Shown: in pieces, positions 27,328 to 41,500 of the stretch
Layout of the letters: each line of letters begins with the position of its first letter
How positions within the stretch are numbered: position 1 is the stretch's first letter
DNA from: a virus
DNA length: 64,000 nucleotides
Direction: 5' to 3' (one strand)
IMG/VR virus record: IMGVR_UViG_3300021138_000002
Span: 1 to 64,000 of that record
Made by a program: the position numbers and the translations under genes
The notes under the pieces: model-generated
The model's input: only the letters and a program-made list of their open reading frames with translations
Databases searched by the model: none
Told to the model about the DNA's origin: nothing

Positions 27328-28734
27328 TTATTTAATTGTCACAATGGCTTCCACTGTGCCGACTCCGGTGCCCGATTTATCCACTAGTGCTCGACCAATC
27401 GTGTTAAATGCTGTGGCTTCGCCAGGTTTAGCCGATCTTGCAATTCCGTTTCCGGCACTGACCAGGCGATCGCCTTTTGTCACGATACCCGTACATTGTA
27501 CAGGAACTCGACCAGTCATTGCAACCGGTGGATGAGTCGCATCATCTCCGGCACCACTGTTCATCAAATATGCTGCTCGTGTACTTATAACTCCAAACAC
27601 AGTTTCGCTCAATTCCGCTATGGCTTTTGTGATTTCTTGTGATCCGCCCAGTTCAACCACGGTACCGGCTTCATAAACAGCATCAGCAGCAAATCGCTCA
27701 GCCACGTCGGCATATTGAGCACTGGTAGCTGTTGCAAATATTGTACCAAAATAACGGCTTGAGTTTCCTATGTTGCCAACACCGTTGGCGTTGTTGTTGA
27801 TAATGCCCGACACATTGGCTATGCCGCCAAAATAAGGCAAATAATTGGCCACGTTGGCGTTGCCGTAACCGCCAGGAATACCATTGGCAAAGGCTATGTT
27901 ACCCAATATGTAACCACCTGAAACATTGCCGGTGGTGCTGATATTGCCGCTTGTGGCAATGATCATGCTGTTGCCACTGCCCATAAAGGTCGCTACATTG
28001 GCATCGGTATAGCTGGCCGGAAGACCGCTCAGTTGACTACCATTGCCCAAAATATACTTGCCGCTGACGTTGCCAGTTACGCTGACTCCTACATTGCCAG
28101 ATCCCCAAAAACTGGGCACACTGGTACCGCCTACGCCCAGCACAGAATTGGCCAACTGTAGTCCGGGATTGACGTTGCCAAATCCGGTAATGGTGTTAGC
28201 AGGTATAAATGTTGTGTCTTCGCTGATGATACCAACCACGGTGCTGTTTACTACCAATTCAATGACTTTGTGTGAAACGTTACCTGTGTCGGTTATCACG
28301 TTGGCAAATGCACCAGTCACACCAGTGCCAGTATTAAATTGCGGACCAACCAACAACCAAGTGTTGCCAGTCCAGATATTAACCTGTTGATTGGTAGTAT
28401 CAAACCACATGTCGCCAGTTGTACTGTAGGTTGAAGTGCTGGGTGTGGTGTTAGAAACAGCCATTGATGCCAGCGTTTTCCAGCTGGTGCCCATGTAAAC
28501 GGATAATACACCTGCGTTAGGAGTGTTGTTCCACCAAAGTTGGCCGGTCAACGGAGCAGAAGGAGCAGTGTTGTTAGATGCATTTTCCAACAAACGTATA
28601 AAATTGGTGTCTAAAAATTGTCCGTAACCGGCATAGTTTTTGCCTACCAAGGTCATGGAACTTGAAGTGTTGATAGTACCATCTTGTATGGTACCAAAGA
28701 CTGATCCGTCAGTTAAGGTTATTGTGTATGACAT
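27328..28734 (-). CDS. Tail fibre protein with C-terminal intramolecular-chaperone (peptidase G2-like) domain
   Basis: N-terminal LVGKNYAGYG...LLEN...GQLWW, GNVSGxYILGN repeats, C-terminal YADVAERF...GTVV...FGVIS...AYLMN...PVAMTGRVPV...KGDRLVS. Confidence 0.75.
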   Translation of the reverse strand: MSYTITLTDGSVFGTIQDGTINTSSSMTLVGKNYAGYGQFLDTNFIRLLENASNNTAPSAPLTGQLWWNNTPNAGVLSVYMGTSWKTLASMAVSNTTPSTSTYSTTGDMWFDTTNQQVNIWTGNTWLLVGPQFNTGTGVTGAFANVITDTGNVSHKVIELVVNSTVVGIISEDTTFIPANTITGFGNVNPGLQLANSVLGVGGTSVPSFWGSGNVGVSVTGNVSGKYILGNGSQLSGLPASYTDANVATFMGSGNSMIIATSGNISTTGNVSGGYILGNIAFANGIPGGYGNANVANYLPYFGGIANVSGIINNNANGVGNIGNSSRYFGTIFATATSAQYADVAERFAADAVYEAGTVVELGGSQEITKAIAELSETVFGVISTRAAYLMNSGAGDDATHPPVAMTGRVPVQCTGIVTKGDRLVSAGNGIARSAKPGEATAFNTIGRALVDKSGTGVGTVEAIVTIK

Positions 28735-28765
28735 TTGTTTTTATTCTGCCCTGTTATACTCATAT

Positions 28766-29374
28766 TTATGCGGCACTCAAGTTAGTGAGAGTCTGGATTC
28801 TCAAAGTGTAATCGATCTGGATTTGACGATTTAGACTTTTCTGTACCGGATGAAAAATCACATGAGTGATCAACAACAAATTTGAGCTGGACCCGTTCCA
28901 GCACTGTAAACCTAGTTCATCAAACACATATTCACCGTTGAAATTGGTGCTGTTGTCAAAGGCCTGTTGACCAGCTGGTTCGCCGTAATCCAACAAACAG
29001 GTTACCACGATGTCTGTGTATACCTGCCCGGCTGTGTGGACCACAGTCATGTAGTTGTTGCCAGGATCTTGATTGGCTGCACTGTTTTGATCCACCACTT
29101 TGGCATAGGTTTCGTTGTACAAACTGGCGTTGGTGCCCACAGTGTTTGGGGGCAAATAGGTTATAACTCCGGTGGCATCCACGGCACTTCCGCCGTTGCC
29201 AAATGCCATTTGATAGATAAATCCGTTGGTTTTGTCACTGAGTGTGTTGGCCATACACACGCTGATGTTTTCGTAGTTTATGGCGTTCTTTTTGTCCAAC
29301 AAAATTTCGCCTGTTTTGGGATCGTGTATTTTTACAAAACCCTCAATTTTGGTCAGTCCTGGAGTGATTATCAT
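28766..29374 (-). CDS. Virion structural protein (baseplate or fibre attachment)
   Basis: 202 aa, MAFGNGG, YVFDELGL, HVIFHPVQKSLNR; tail-module context. Confidence 0.7.
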   Translation of the reverse strand: MIITPGLTKIEGFVKIHDPKTGEILLDKKNAINYENISVCMANTLSDKTNGFIYQMAFGNGGSAVDATGVITYLPPNTVGTNASLYNETYAKVVDQNSAANQDPGNNYMTVVHTAGQVYTDIVVTCLLDYGEPAGQQAFDNSTNFNGEYVFDELGLQCWNGSSSNLLLITHVIFHPVQKSLNRQIQIDYTLRIQTLTNLSAA

Positions 29375-29523
29375 GCCCGTTTCTCCACAAATACTTGTTT
29401 GGTTTGAGGATCCGAAATCCTTACATGTCCTTGCACTGAAACCGATCCTACCTCGTTGGGACGACGCTGTGGAGTTTTTGCAGTACCGGATGATTGTTGA
29501 GTTGTCTGTTTATTTTCAGTCAT
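29371..29523 (-). CDS. 50-aa protein MTENKQ...GHVRISDPQTKQVFVEKRA, not in the ORF track
   Basis: TAAATA 4 nt upstream (29528-29533), ATGA overlap with the next gene, motif shared with that gene's N-terminus. Confidence 0.7.
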   Translation of the reverse strand: MTENKQTTQQSSGTAKTPQRRPNEVGSVSVQGHVRISDPQTKQVFVEKRA

Positions 29524-29553
29524 ATTTTATTTAGTTTGTTTTTGACCCGGGAA

Positions 29554-32500
29554 TCAGTAATCTACCCAGGTTCCTCTACGTACCAGTATGGTCACGTCCA
29601 CTCCTGCAGCAGGTGCAGTAGCAAAGGTTACCTGTACCGGACTTTCGGCAGTTATTGTGTACAGCGTGCTATTGACTCGCTGACCGGCCACATACACTTC
29701 GACTGCCACATTGAGCGGTTGCCAGTAGTTGGAGTTGGAAATTGCTGTGTTGGCTGGCACATCTTGTTTTGCACGGTAAAAATTACCGCTGGACTTGACT
29801 ATATCACCCAAAGAGTATGTGTTGCCGATGGCCCATGTTGTGGTCGAAGTACTCAAAGTGATACTAGGAGCATTAAACACTGTGGCAGTTCCGTTGGCCA
29901 AAGTTGTGTCTTGCACAACATAGTTTTGATACTGTCGTCCATACAAGTTGCTACTGCTCATGTTGTAAACTGTTGCACCGGTGTTGTGGGTTGTAACCGC
30001 AGTACCAGCAGTGCCACGAATCAGATCACTCACAGTATTGTTCACCAAATCAATGGTTCTGTACATGATACGTTCGGCGCCGATGGTCAATACACCCCAT
30101 TGATTGGCATCAAAATCTGGCACAAACAGTGCACCTGCATTGGCCACATGTATGATGTCGGCATTCGCAGTTACAGCCTGTGTGAGTGTGGTTGTGGTGT
30201 TGTCAGTGATTGTGTAGGTCAATTGTAGTCCACGCATGTCCTGGAATATGCGGAAATCGGCTCCGCCAGTTGGACCGCCAGTGGTATAAACACGGAAGTC
30301 CAAGGTATCAAATTCAATACCAGGAACCAGTTCTTCGGGGGCATAACTGCTGTAAGCATCCACGTATCCGCCACCAGCCACATTGATATCGGTGGTTCTG
30401 AGACCCAGGTAAGGATCTATATATGAACTTGAATACACTGTGTCCAGCATGCTGACATCTTGACCGGCTGTGTAATTGAGTCCGGCCACCTGTACTCCAG
30501 GATAGCTGACTCCTTCGATCAAGAGCGGTAAACTGAGACCCGGCATGTTTGGAGTAGGAGTATAGTAGCCCATGGTGCGGTCCACTCCGCTAAGAGTACC
30601 AGCATCAACCAAGCTCCATTGATTTGGATCAAACACAGCGGATGATACTGCGGCATTGGCTGACCAAACACGATTTTGCCAACGCACCTGATCACCTTCG
30701 GCATAATTGTGGCCTGCTTGCCATTCATATATGGTGGTCTCATATTGGTAACGATCAAACTTGATTCGTATCGCGAACTCTCGCACCATGTGATTGTTCA
30801 TAACAGTAGCTGCTTGAGCACCGGTGCCGTTACCACCAGTCAAGGTAACTGAAGCTGTGGTCAAGTATCCTGATCCTGGATTGGTTATAGTAACTGCGGT
30901 CACTTGACCGGTTCCGTTGATTGTGGCATACCCGCTGGCACCGTTGCCAACCCAGGTCAAGGTCGCAGTTCCGTTGGTCTGTGAGCCCGATGTAAATATT
31001 GGCGGTGTGTCGCCTGAAGTTCCGGCCGCTGTGACCGAATACAAGTTGTTGGTCGGGCCCGATATGTAATAGATCTGTTGTCCCAACACATACACAGTGT
31101 TGGCTGTCCAGGCGGTACCAATGGTCACAACCGGAGCTGTGGTGTAACCGGTTCCGCCCGACACAACATTGACTCCGTCAATGCTCAAGGTATAGTTGTT
31201 GAACCAGTTGGTCCAAGGCTGTTCAGACCAAACAGCAGAATTGGGTGCCGCATCACTGACAAAAGATTCTGGATAGCTGTTACTATCAGCGTACGGAGTC
31301 AAGACCGGACTGGTAAACTGTGGTATTTCTAGTGTGTTGTTCCAGTAGGCCGGCACGTCAAAGTCGGTCATGCCACCCGGATAAGTGTCGGAACCGTTGT
31401 AGATCAAATTGAATGCCAGGGTCTGTACATGGTAAGGTTTTACTTCGGTCAAGTAATCTTGCACAAAAGTTTGATCGTCGACTTCGTACAACTGATACGG
31501 CAACAATGGTTCCAGCTGATGATCTACCACGATAAAACTGCTTTTTATCAACCAGTTAGGCGAGGCAAATTCGCTGTAGACATACTGGAACATCAGCATC
31601 AACAGTTCGTTGCGATAGATCAACAGTTCGTCCGTGAACAATTCAAAATTGATCGCATTGATGATCTGTCGTGTTTCGGTTATTGGTGCCTGATCAAAAA
31701 ATTGTGCATCAAACACGTTGGCGTCGTAACCATAAGGTCCCAGTTGATAGTTCCATAACACTTCGCTGAAGGCGATAGTGCCGTTTTGTAAAGCCACTCG
31801 TGTCCACCCAAGATCGGTCCTTAGATAAATTTCGTATTGTCCATGACCGTTGCTGTTGACTTGTACACTGCTGCCCACAGGTGCCACAGTGATACTGAGT
31901 GTCTGCAAATCAGAATAGTTAGCCACTTGTGCCACTGGCTGTATCGAACTGTTGTATCCAGGTTGATACCAGTTGATGTAGTTCCAGTACAAGGGTGTGT
32001 CGTAGCTTTGGATCTGTGCCAACTGCAACGTACCAGATCCGGTGTTGCTGGTCACTTCATACACAGTCCATCGGCCGTTGTAATCGCTATCGGACAGCAC
32101 AAGATACAAATATCCCACCGGTACCGCTGTCAGGTCTTGATAGCCCAACACAGTTAGATTGGGCACAGACATATTGTATCCGGCTGTGGCTGTGATTGTG
32201 CTTGATGTGATATTGAGGCTGGTAGAAATCGTATAGGTACCTGCTCCGCCTGTGCCAGTTCCACGTGCCACAATAGTAACAAATGCTGGAATTCCAGTGC
32301 CGGTCAAGGTTTGCCCAGGTTCAAATACTCCGGTCACGGTTCCGGCCACGGTTAGAGTTTTTCCAGATATTGAAGCTGCTGTAGCCGTTCCTGTAGTTGA
32401 ATCCGGGACTGGTTGACTGCTGTTCAACAGATTGAAACTACGCATTTCTGTGATGGGATATTGAGCAAGAATGGTATTAGCTCGATCGAGATAATTTTCC

Positions 32501-35500
32501 AAGGCTCGATAGCGATTGACAAACATGCCCTGTCTTGGGCTGTATTGCACTCCGTAACGCATGCCCGGACTCAACAGCGGATCAGGAACCAGGGCACCTG
32601 ACAGATTTTCTCCACAAAAACTGTCGACCATTTTTTGATAGATTGAATCGGTTATGAAACTGTCGGCTTTGCCGTCGGCCACGAATTGATATTCGGTGTG
32701 TATGTTTGCTGCGGCTCCTTGTGCCTGGCGTTCGTATTCCACATGTAAAATGGTATCACTGGCGCTGATCAATCCCACACTGTTGTACAACGCCACTGTG
32801 CTGGAATTGATAGGTGCTATGTAAGGCAGTCCACTGTTTAACGGATTGGCAATGTAACTGGCTATAGCCGATGCACTGAGTGTCTTGCCGTTAGCACTGT
32901 CAACTGTGGTAATACCACGCACCCAATAGTAGTACTGGGTTGAGAATGTTCCAGTTGAAGTCAACGAAGATTGAGTGGTATAGCTGGTGGTGCTTAACGG
33001 TGTTCCTGTTCCGCTGTAGCTGGCCGGTGGCACATCGCTTTGTATCCATTGATATATGTCCACGCGACTGCCCGGAAACAATCGACCCCATTGGCGACTG
33101 GCATACACTATGTCGCTTTGATTGGGGTTGATAAATCTCACAGTGTCGGTATCCCACCAGATTTCGCCAACATGCTTGTCAGCCCAGGCGGTACCATTGT
33201 TGTGTATGGTTCCAGTGTTGTAGTTGGCCGGGTCAACTGCTGATGTGTAATTGATGTTTTGAGCAGCCACTCCTAGTATCTTGCCCTGTAAAGGATCGAT
33301 AAAATCATAATAGGTCTGTGTGCTACTCAACAATTTGTCAAAACTGTAAACTGAATTCAGTAGATCAATGTTGACCACTGGCTGTTGCTGATATATGGTG
33401 GCCCAGGCCGGTAAATTGTTAGGATTATCGTAAACAGCAACTGATCCATAATTGGCATTGTTGGTAGTTGCAAGATCCACGCCCGGGGCACCCACAACCA
33501 AACGACCGTTCACATAGCTGGCTGAGGTACCAAACTGATCGCCTGTGGCTGTGCCGCTTTGATAAATCTGTTGTCCAAACACCATTTTTCCAGGATTGTT
33601 CACTGAGCTATTGGCACTGGGGAAATAGTCGAAAGTATAAGCAACACCACTGTTGCTGACCGGATTGCTGAACAAGGTGCTGTTTTCGTCAAATATGGTT
33701 TGTCCACCATCAAAACTCATGGCTTCGTACACATTGCCGTTGGGAGCTCCTATCACCACGTTGAGACTGTTGCTGTTGATGCTGATGGAGCTGCCGAAAT
33801 AACCGTAAGATACTGGATTTGGACTGTACAATGTTTGCGTATAAACAAATGTGTCAAAACCCAAGGTGTCAAAAGCAGAACCGGCACCGCCCAATCCAGG
33901 CAACACTGAAAGCTGATTGTAGGTCGGAGCTGATGCAGAATTTATCACAGACAGAACCAATTTTCCAGTGACCACCACAATGTTTGAGTAAGTGTTGGGA
34001 GCAGTCACAAATGCAATTTGCTGACTGTTGGCCAGATAGGTGTAGGTATAGCCCGCGGCCGGACTGGCTTTCTGTAACACGCCATCTATATAGACCACAG
34101 GATTTGAGCCTGCTGTGCTGTAGACTGATCCTACATCAAACAGTTTGGTAACACCATCACCGATAAAATTCAAATTGTTGCTCAACGATGCTTGAACATT
34201 TGGTATCACATACGAACTGGTCCATTGCACGCTGCTGTTAGAAGGAGCCACATTCAAACTGGTTGTGGCAGCAGTATAGCAAACAGAATTGTAAATCACT
34301 CGATCGTTTAGATAGTACTGTGTGGTGCTTGACCATGGCAATGGAGATATGGCATTTACCAGACCGGTCACAGTGTTGTTGGGACTGTTAGGCACAACCA
34401 CTTCAATGCCGTTCACGCGAATGGAAGTTCCTGCTGTCAGCACCGGATTGGCCACAGTGCTCACGGTCACTCCATACAGTCTACTCTGATTGACTGCACG
34501 TTCTACACTGCCGTCCTGCACCATGGGCAAGTTGCTGTTTTTTGGTGATCCGATATACAAACTGCAATCGTTGTAGCAGAGTCGAGAACTGTAACCAAAC
34601 AACGAACCTGACTCGGGCGATTGTGCTGTTATTTTTTGTACCAACTGGAATTGATTGGTTTCTATTTCTATTGTATCGCCAACAGCAAGTATCACCGACG
34701 GTGCTAACACGATGTTGTTGCTGACAACTGTGAATTGTCCGTTGGGGTACTGTGCGGTGTTGGTCAAGTACACGCCGTTGTGTAGAACAGCGATTGGATC
34801 AGCGAAAGATCCTATGATTGCATACGTGGTTTGTGCGGTATTGTTGACCAGGTATTTTATCACGCTACGATCAAAAATATAGGTTGATCCAGCATTGGCC
34901 ACAACATTACCGGCCGAGTCAAGTGCAGAATCTGCAACAGTTCCAACAATCACAGTGCGTCCATCGGTGCTGGTGGCAACACTTGATCCAAAACCAGCAC
35001 CTGCACCCAGCGACAAACCGGCTGTGGGCAAGGTTGAAATATATTTCCAATAGGTTCTGGTTGTAATCTGCACTGATGCACCCGATGCGGGTTCATGTCC
35101 ACTGACAAATTCTATCTGTGTGGTATAATTGTAATCGATATAAGGTCGTTGTAGAACGCCATTTACCAACACATTGAACGAATCAATGTTGGTGGCTGTG
35201 TACAGGTATGGTACAAGATTGTAGTTGGCTGACCCAGTGCCGGTCAATGCCAACGCCGAACGACGGCTGATTGTTAATTTTTTTCCAGTGACCGGTGCAG
35301 TCGCAAATAAAATTTGTGAACTGTTCAGGGTATAATCGGTTGGATATACCAAAGTTTGATTGTCCAAGGTCACGATCAACTGCTCAGGATATGTGAAGTT
35401 GACCAATATGGCCGAAGACCAATTGAATGCAGCAGTAACTCCATCAGTGGTGTACGAAATCGACTGTTCCGGAGTATCAACCAGACCGTATGCGTAGACC

Positions 35501-38500
35501 AAGTTTCCGCCAGGAGCACCAATGTACATCCATTGTTCGTTGTAGCTCATTGCCACCGACGATCCAAATGCCACAGCGTTGGCAGTAGTTGGAGCTGTGA
35601 ACAACTGTGTTTGTATATACTGATTGCTTGCAGGAACTTGGTATATGGCACTGGCATATCCTCGACCACCATCGCTAGCACTAGCACCGGCTATGCTCCA
35701 GTTGCTGTTGCCCCAGTCGAGACTGTTTCCGTAACCGGCCACGTTGGCCGCTGACAGTGTGAGTATGGTGTTGTCCACATAGGTTCCCTGTCCGGTGCCA
35801 GCATTTACTCGTGTATAGGTGTAAATTGCACCAGTATCTTGATTGGGACTGCCTACCAGTAGGCTGACACTGTTGGTGGATTGTGCTATACTGGTGCCAA
35901 ACAAACTGTTTGTTTCAGGAACAAATGCTGTCAAACTTTCCACAGTGGCAAACGGTGATTGTTTTTCCAACACTTCCCAGTGGCCCGATCCATTGTTGTC
36001 GACCCAGGCACGAGCTCCAGGAACCAGGTCCGTTGCGTAAGATAATGTGGCCACATCGCTGGCCTGAGCCACACGCATGGTCTGTAGGTGCCAGGCTAAA
36101 CCAGTGCCAGTGATGGTGGTTTGATTGGTTGAAGTAAACGAATAAGAAATTATCACTTGAGTGGGCGACGGCACACCCAACACACGATACACTCCATCAA
36201 CGCCGGTGGCAAAATAACGCACGATGATCAAATCGCCGATGGCCAAGCCGGTCACTGCGGTAAATTGTGCAATACTTGTGCCATTCAAGTTGTCAGTCAG
36301 CTGTCGTAGTCGACCGGGAACCTGGGCACACCGATATATGTTCCAGTCATAACTGTTGTCGTGAGCCACCCATATGGTAGTTCCGGTACCGATGGTATTG
36401 AGTTTGGCCGCGATAGCCGATGGATCGTCTAACGAATATACTGTGATGTCAGCATCATTGACATTGACATAACCGGCCGAAGGCAGTGCAGTGTTTAGCG
36501 TGGTAGGATAAATGGTTGGCAATATATCAGTGCTAGTAATATTGTAACTTTCCTTCCACAGATTGCTCAACAACACAGTTTGATTGGCCTGGCTGACATC
36601 ACCAGGTTGTATTATTTGTACTGTGCTGGGATTGTTGGTCAGCAGTGCTTCGTTGAGATTGATTTCAAAATAGCTACGATTGGCTGTGGCCCCGTAGGTT
36701 CCGATTAGCACTCCCCAGGTTTCGTAAATTTTGTAAGTTCCACTGCCCTTGGTCAAAGCCACGTTGGTGAAAAGATCAGTGGCTCTTACCGTGCCTTTGG
36801 TCTTGATAAACTGTTGATAGAGATTGACCTGGGTCACATCGTCAAGATTGAGATTGACCATGTACTGTCTGGGAGTAAATCCTATCAGATTGTAGGCCAA
36901 CAAATCGTTGTTGTTGTTTAGATTGGCAGTTTGTGTGTTGTAGGTGTTGGCCAACTGATCGGCCTTGTTGGCCAAGTTGGGCAAGAGACCACGTTCAATA
37001 CGAGTCCAATTACTCTGGAACCAGTTGTTGTAATCAAAAACCGATGTGGGTTGCACCAGGCCCGACGCTTGCCAGTATTGATTCTTGTATCGTACTATGT
37101 CGCCCTTGGTATATCTTTGTGTGGGACTCCATGGCTGTACATTGTCTTGATTGAGTATAAATCCTTGTGCGTTGAGCGTGCCATCCCATTCGGTGGTGTT
37201 AAACGCATTGAGATACAGTCTGTTTTGTCTTTCTGCCGTGGTAGGATCATAGATCAGGTCGTTGAAAATATCCACGTTGTCAAACACTATCATGTTTTCG
37301 TAGTCGGTAAACTGTAAATTTAAAAAACTGATGGCCTGATTGGTGCTGGGTGCCGGATTTATCGTAAAACTGTCACCGTATCTCTGTATGACCAAGTCTC
37401 TGGTGGCAAATGTGCGACGATTTTGGTCCAGCAACTGATTTTGCGGACTGTAACTGACTATGCTGTCAACCACGGCCCCGGCATTGTTCACACTGAGTTG
37501 ACTGGCTGCCGGATTGAGATTGATCAATGTTCCTGTTTGCCAGCCTTGTTGACTAAAGTACAAAAACTCCTGGGCCATTTGACCCCAATTGAGCACATAG
37601 CCATTTTCCATGTAGGTAAAGGTCATGCCTTGTGATTCTAGATACTTTCCGTAACTGAGTAAAAAGTCCACAACCATGGTCTGATTGGTAAACACATAAC
37701 CGTACGGAATATAAGTGATCTTGTTGGTGTACTGTGCAGGCACAGTCACCGTGGCTCCGCCGCTGCTGACAGTCTGTGTCAGGCCGTTGACTGAGCTGAT
37801 AAAAATTGGAAAGTATGGTTGATAACTGCCGTACCCGTACACGGCCCATCCGTTGTTGACTATTTCAATCACGACCGAGCTGTAGGCAATTTGTCCATAT
37901 GGCTGATCTTTGTACAGCAACAAATTGTAACTTTCGGGTGGAATCAACAGACTCTTGTTTTGGCTTTCAGGGCTGCTTTTTTCAAGATAGATTTCAAGAC
38001 TTTGTTGATCGGTCCATGACGCCATCCTATAACACAATCTTACATCTAGATTAGACAAATCGGTGGTCAACGAATCTGTGCTGTTGAGTCCAATCTGTTG
38101 ATTATAGTCCACTATCCAGTTGATATAGCTGGCTTTGCTGACGCCGTTGCCGTAGATTTCCAGTTCGCTGGCATTCAATCTATAGCGTCCGTTGTAAAGA
38201 TACTGACCAAGATCCGCATTGTATTTGTAAAGATCTCGATCGGCAAACAGGCTGAAAAATTCTGCCGGTCTGGTCAAGGCCAACAGTCGCATGACCGCGA
38301 ACGGATAGCTAGAGCTCATCCACCACGAGGCTTCAACCGGTCCACCATCGCCCACAGTCCAGCTCTTGCGGAAATCGTTGGGGTTGTACAGTCCTACCAC
38401 ACTTTCCAGAGGTGGTAACAGTTGTCCCAGGCTGTCTACAGGAATGGCCGAGGTCAGTCCGGGTCTGGCAAAAGCCGGGTCGATATAGGGTGCCACTGGA

Positions 38501-41500
38501 TCGGCTATATAGCCGCGTTCTAGATCTCCCCATAGCACTAGGTTACCATTGGTATAAGGAGGCAATCCGTAACGGTCGGCCCACCATACCGGCTGTTCGC
38601 TAAAACCCAGCATTTCCCACGGAGTAAGATTGGGTGTTATGGTGTCATAAAAATAGCGATAAATTCCGCGCCAGGCTCCTTGGCTCAACACTGCGCCGTT
38701 GATTCTGTTGCCAGCTGTACTGTAATTGTAAGTGAAAGCATTGTTAGGCAAGTAATCTTGAGCAGTATAATCCAACTTGTTGTAGCCGGTCCAGATCAAA
38801 AAGTCTTCGCCTAGTATTTGTGTTATTTCACTTTCGGTATAATCTGTTGTGCGGAAAAATCCCGGAGCCACTTCGTAAACGGAAAGCGGTACAGGGTTGT
38901 CATCATTTTTGAGATTGTTGTAGATTCTGGTTTCAAATTCCAACAGGATCTGGTCTCGTATGTCGCCAAATGCCACTGTGGTACTGCCGTCGTGGCCCTG
39001 TATGACCAAGGTTGGGTTCACATAATCGGTATCAAGATAGATTTTAGGAATCCATTTGGGATACAGCCCCAGCTTGGTAGGAGTATTGGGAACAAAGTTT
39101 CCGTAGGTAGGATTGTATTCGTTTATGGTGACCACATCTCCTACAGCTAATGTAATCAAGACGGTCAAGGTCGGAGTACCCGATCCTACCACATATTCCA
39201 CATTGCGAGTCAGCAAGCGATCGTTGACATAGACCAACAGCCCTAGATAGTTACTGGTAGTAAAGTCATAAGTTTGTACAGTGTTAAATCGTGCTGTGGT
39301 TATCGGATTCACTGTGGTTGAATTGCTGGCAATGACCGTGCCTGTGGGCAACATATCGCTCCAGTAAAACGGGCTGATGCTGGTATCTCCTGCGTTGATA
39401 ATAGAGACGGCACTGTCTAATATTTCAGGCACAGTCTGTGTGCCAAAATCGTTGCTTATCACAGTGTTCAACAGCAAGGATTTGAACTTGATATATTCTC
39501 TACTGTTGAATTCAAGGGCATTGAAAATATTGTATTGATCACTGCGTAAAAAATAACCAGCCAGGGTCAACGGACTACTTTGTTGCAGGATCTGTAGACC
39601 GTAAGGAACGATGTTGCCCAGATCTCTGCTGTTGTTGGCGCCAATGATTGGACCTTGAAGATTGATTAGATTTTGTCCAATGGTACTGTAGTGATTTCTT
39701 GCGGTGCCTAGGGTAAGTGTTGGGCTGTTTTTGTTGAGCGGATTGTTTTCTAAATTGATAGGAACCTGATAAAATCCAGTGGCACTGATCTGATCGCTCA
39801 ACACTTGTATTTCTACCACGTCACCGGTGGTGGCCACGGAAGAATTCAAAATGATGGTCGTGGTATTGCTGGTGACAGAATAGGTATAGTTATAGGTTTC
39901 TGTAGTTGAATCATACGGCTCAACAAAATTGGCATTTACGAACAGTTGTACCGACGGCACAGTGGTGTTGGGATTGACTGCAACGTCTAGCAATAACGGA
40001 GCACCCGAATAGGTATATCTAAACTGTTGACGGATTTGACTCTTGGTGACAGCAGTTTGCCATCCAATTTCTTTGCTGAACACCAAACGAGATGCATACT
40101 GTCTTACAAATCCAGTGCTCAACGCCAAGGTAATACCTTGATTGTTTATGGTATAATTGAAACTGTCCACGTAGAGATTGTTGTCAAACACGATATCGCC
40201 AAGATTGCTGAGATTGAGATAGGTCAGAGGAAATCCCAGGTAAGCATCGGCTGATCCGTTGCCTACCGCATAGCTGAACAACTTGCTACCGGTAAAGTTG
40301 GAACTTGGATATGTAACTGGGTCTGCAAAACTGATGCCGTTGCTGTCATACACATCAAATTCAGGTGGCTGATTGACTGTGGTTTTTTGCTGTGATTGGA
40401 TCCAGTAGGATCCATCAAAATAGTACGTGATTCCGATCAGGGTATTGCCATTGAGACAAAAAGTAGACTGGTCAGACAAGACCGTAGCAATAGGTAAAAG
40501 ATTGATTATGGGTTCGGTGATTAAGGGCGGCACAGTATCGGGCGTGATAAATTCCACCTGATACACAGTGCCACGAACCGCAATGTCCAGGTCGCCGGCA
40601 AAAATCACAGTGCTGCCGTTGACCAAGGTGTAACCGTCGGTGGTAAAACCAATTGACCCATTCACTGTGGCCAATGCATTAGTTTGAGAAAAATCAATGA
40701 TGTTGACTGGGGCTATGCCTTCGGTTCCAAAGTCAAACAGTCGGGTGCCAGGCCTGAATTCCAAGATAGGTCGTTTGGCTCTAGCCAGTTGATCTAGTAC
40801 CGGTATGTTGTTATTATATTTGGCTGTGACGTCAATCACATCCACATGGAACCATCTGTTGCTGCGAGTCCACGGATTGTGGTCCGGACTGGCTCGGTTG
40901 ATGGTAAGATAGTCAGGTACAACCGGAGATCCCGAAATATAAGTTTCAGGTGTCACAAATTCTGTAACTGGCAACAGTTTAATGGCTGTGCCTACACCTT
41001 CCACGTAGTATTCATTGCCTGAGTAGCTGGCCGGTATTGTGGTTCCTGTAAATAACACCTTTAGGCCATTGGTAAAAGTCACGCCGTTAGGACTGGTATA
41101 ATTGGTCTTGCCTAGTATGTTGTTGATGTTCAAAACTGCGTTTTGGGCAACATCCACCAGATGTATAGTTCCAAACATGGTTGGATCGGTGCCGTCTTGA
41201 TAGTACAAGGTGTCTCTTGAAGCAGTCAACAACGGCATTTCGACAAACACACCAGATGAATTTTTAAACCATTTGGTGCTGGCATACTGTGTACCAAACA
41301 ACACACTGAACTGTGTGAGATTGTCCACCGACAATATGTTGACCAACTGGATGCGACCACCGACTATGGTAATCAGCCAGACCACATATAGATTGGGATC
41401 CAGGTCTGTGGTGCTACTAAATGCGAGAGTGCGGTTTTCAATGTTTGTGATGCCATCAATACCGTCGGGGTTGGCGGCAAAAAAATCTGTGACCAAGACT

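Noticed and set aside
26281-28734. Diversity-generating retroelement or invertible tail-fibre cassette
   Set aside because: No reverse transcriptase, invertase or TR/VR repeat pair seen in the window.
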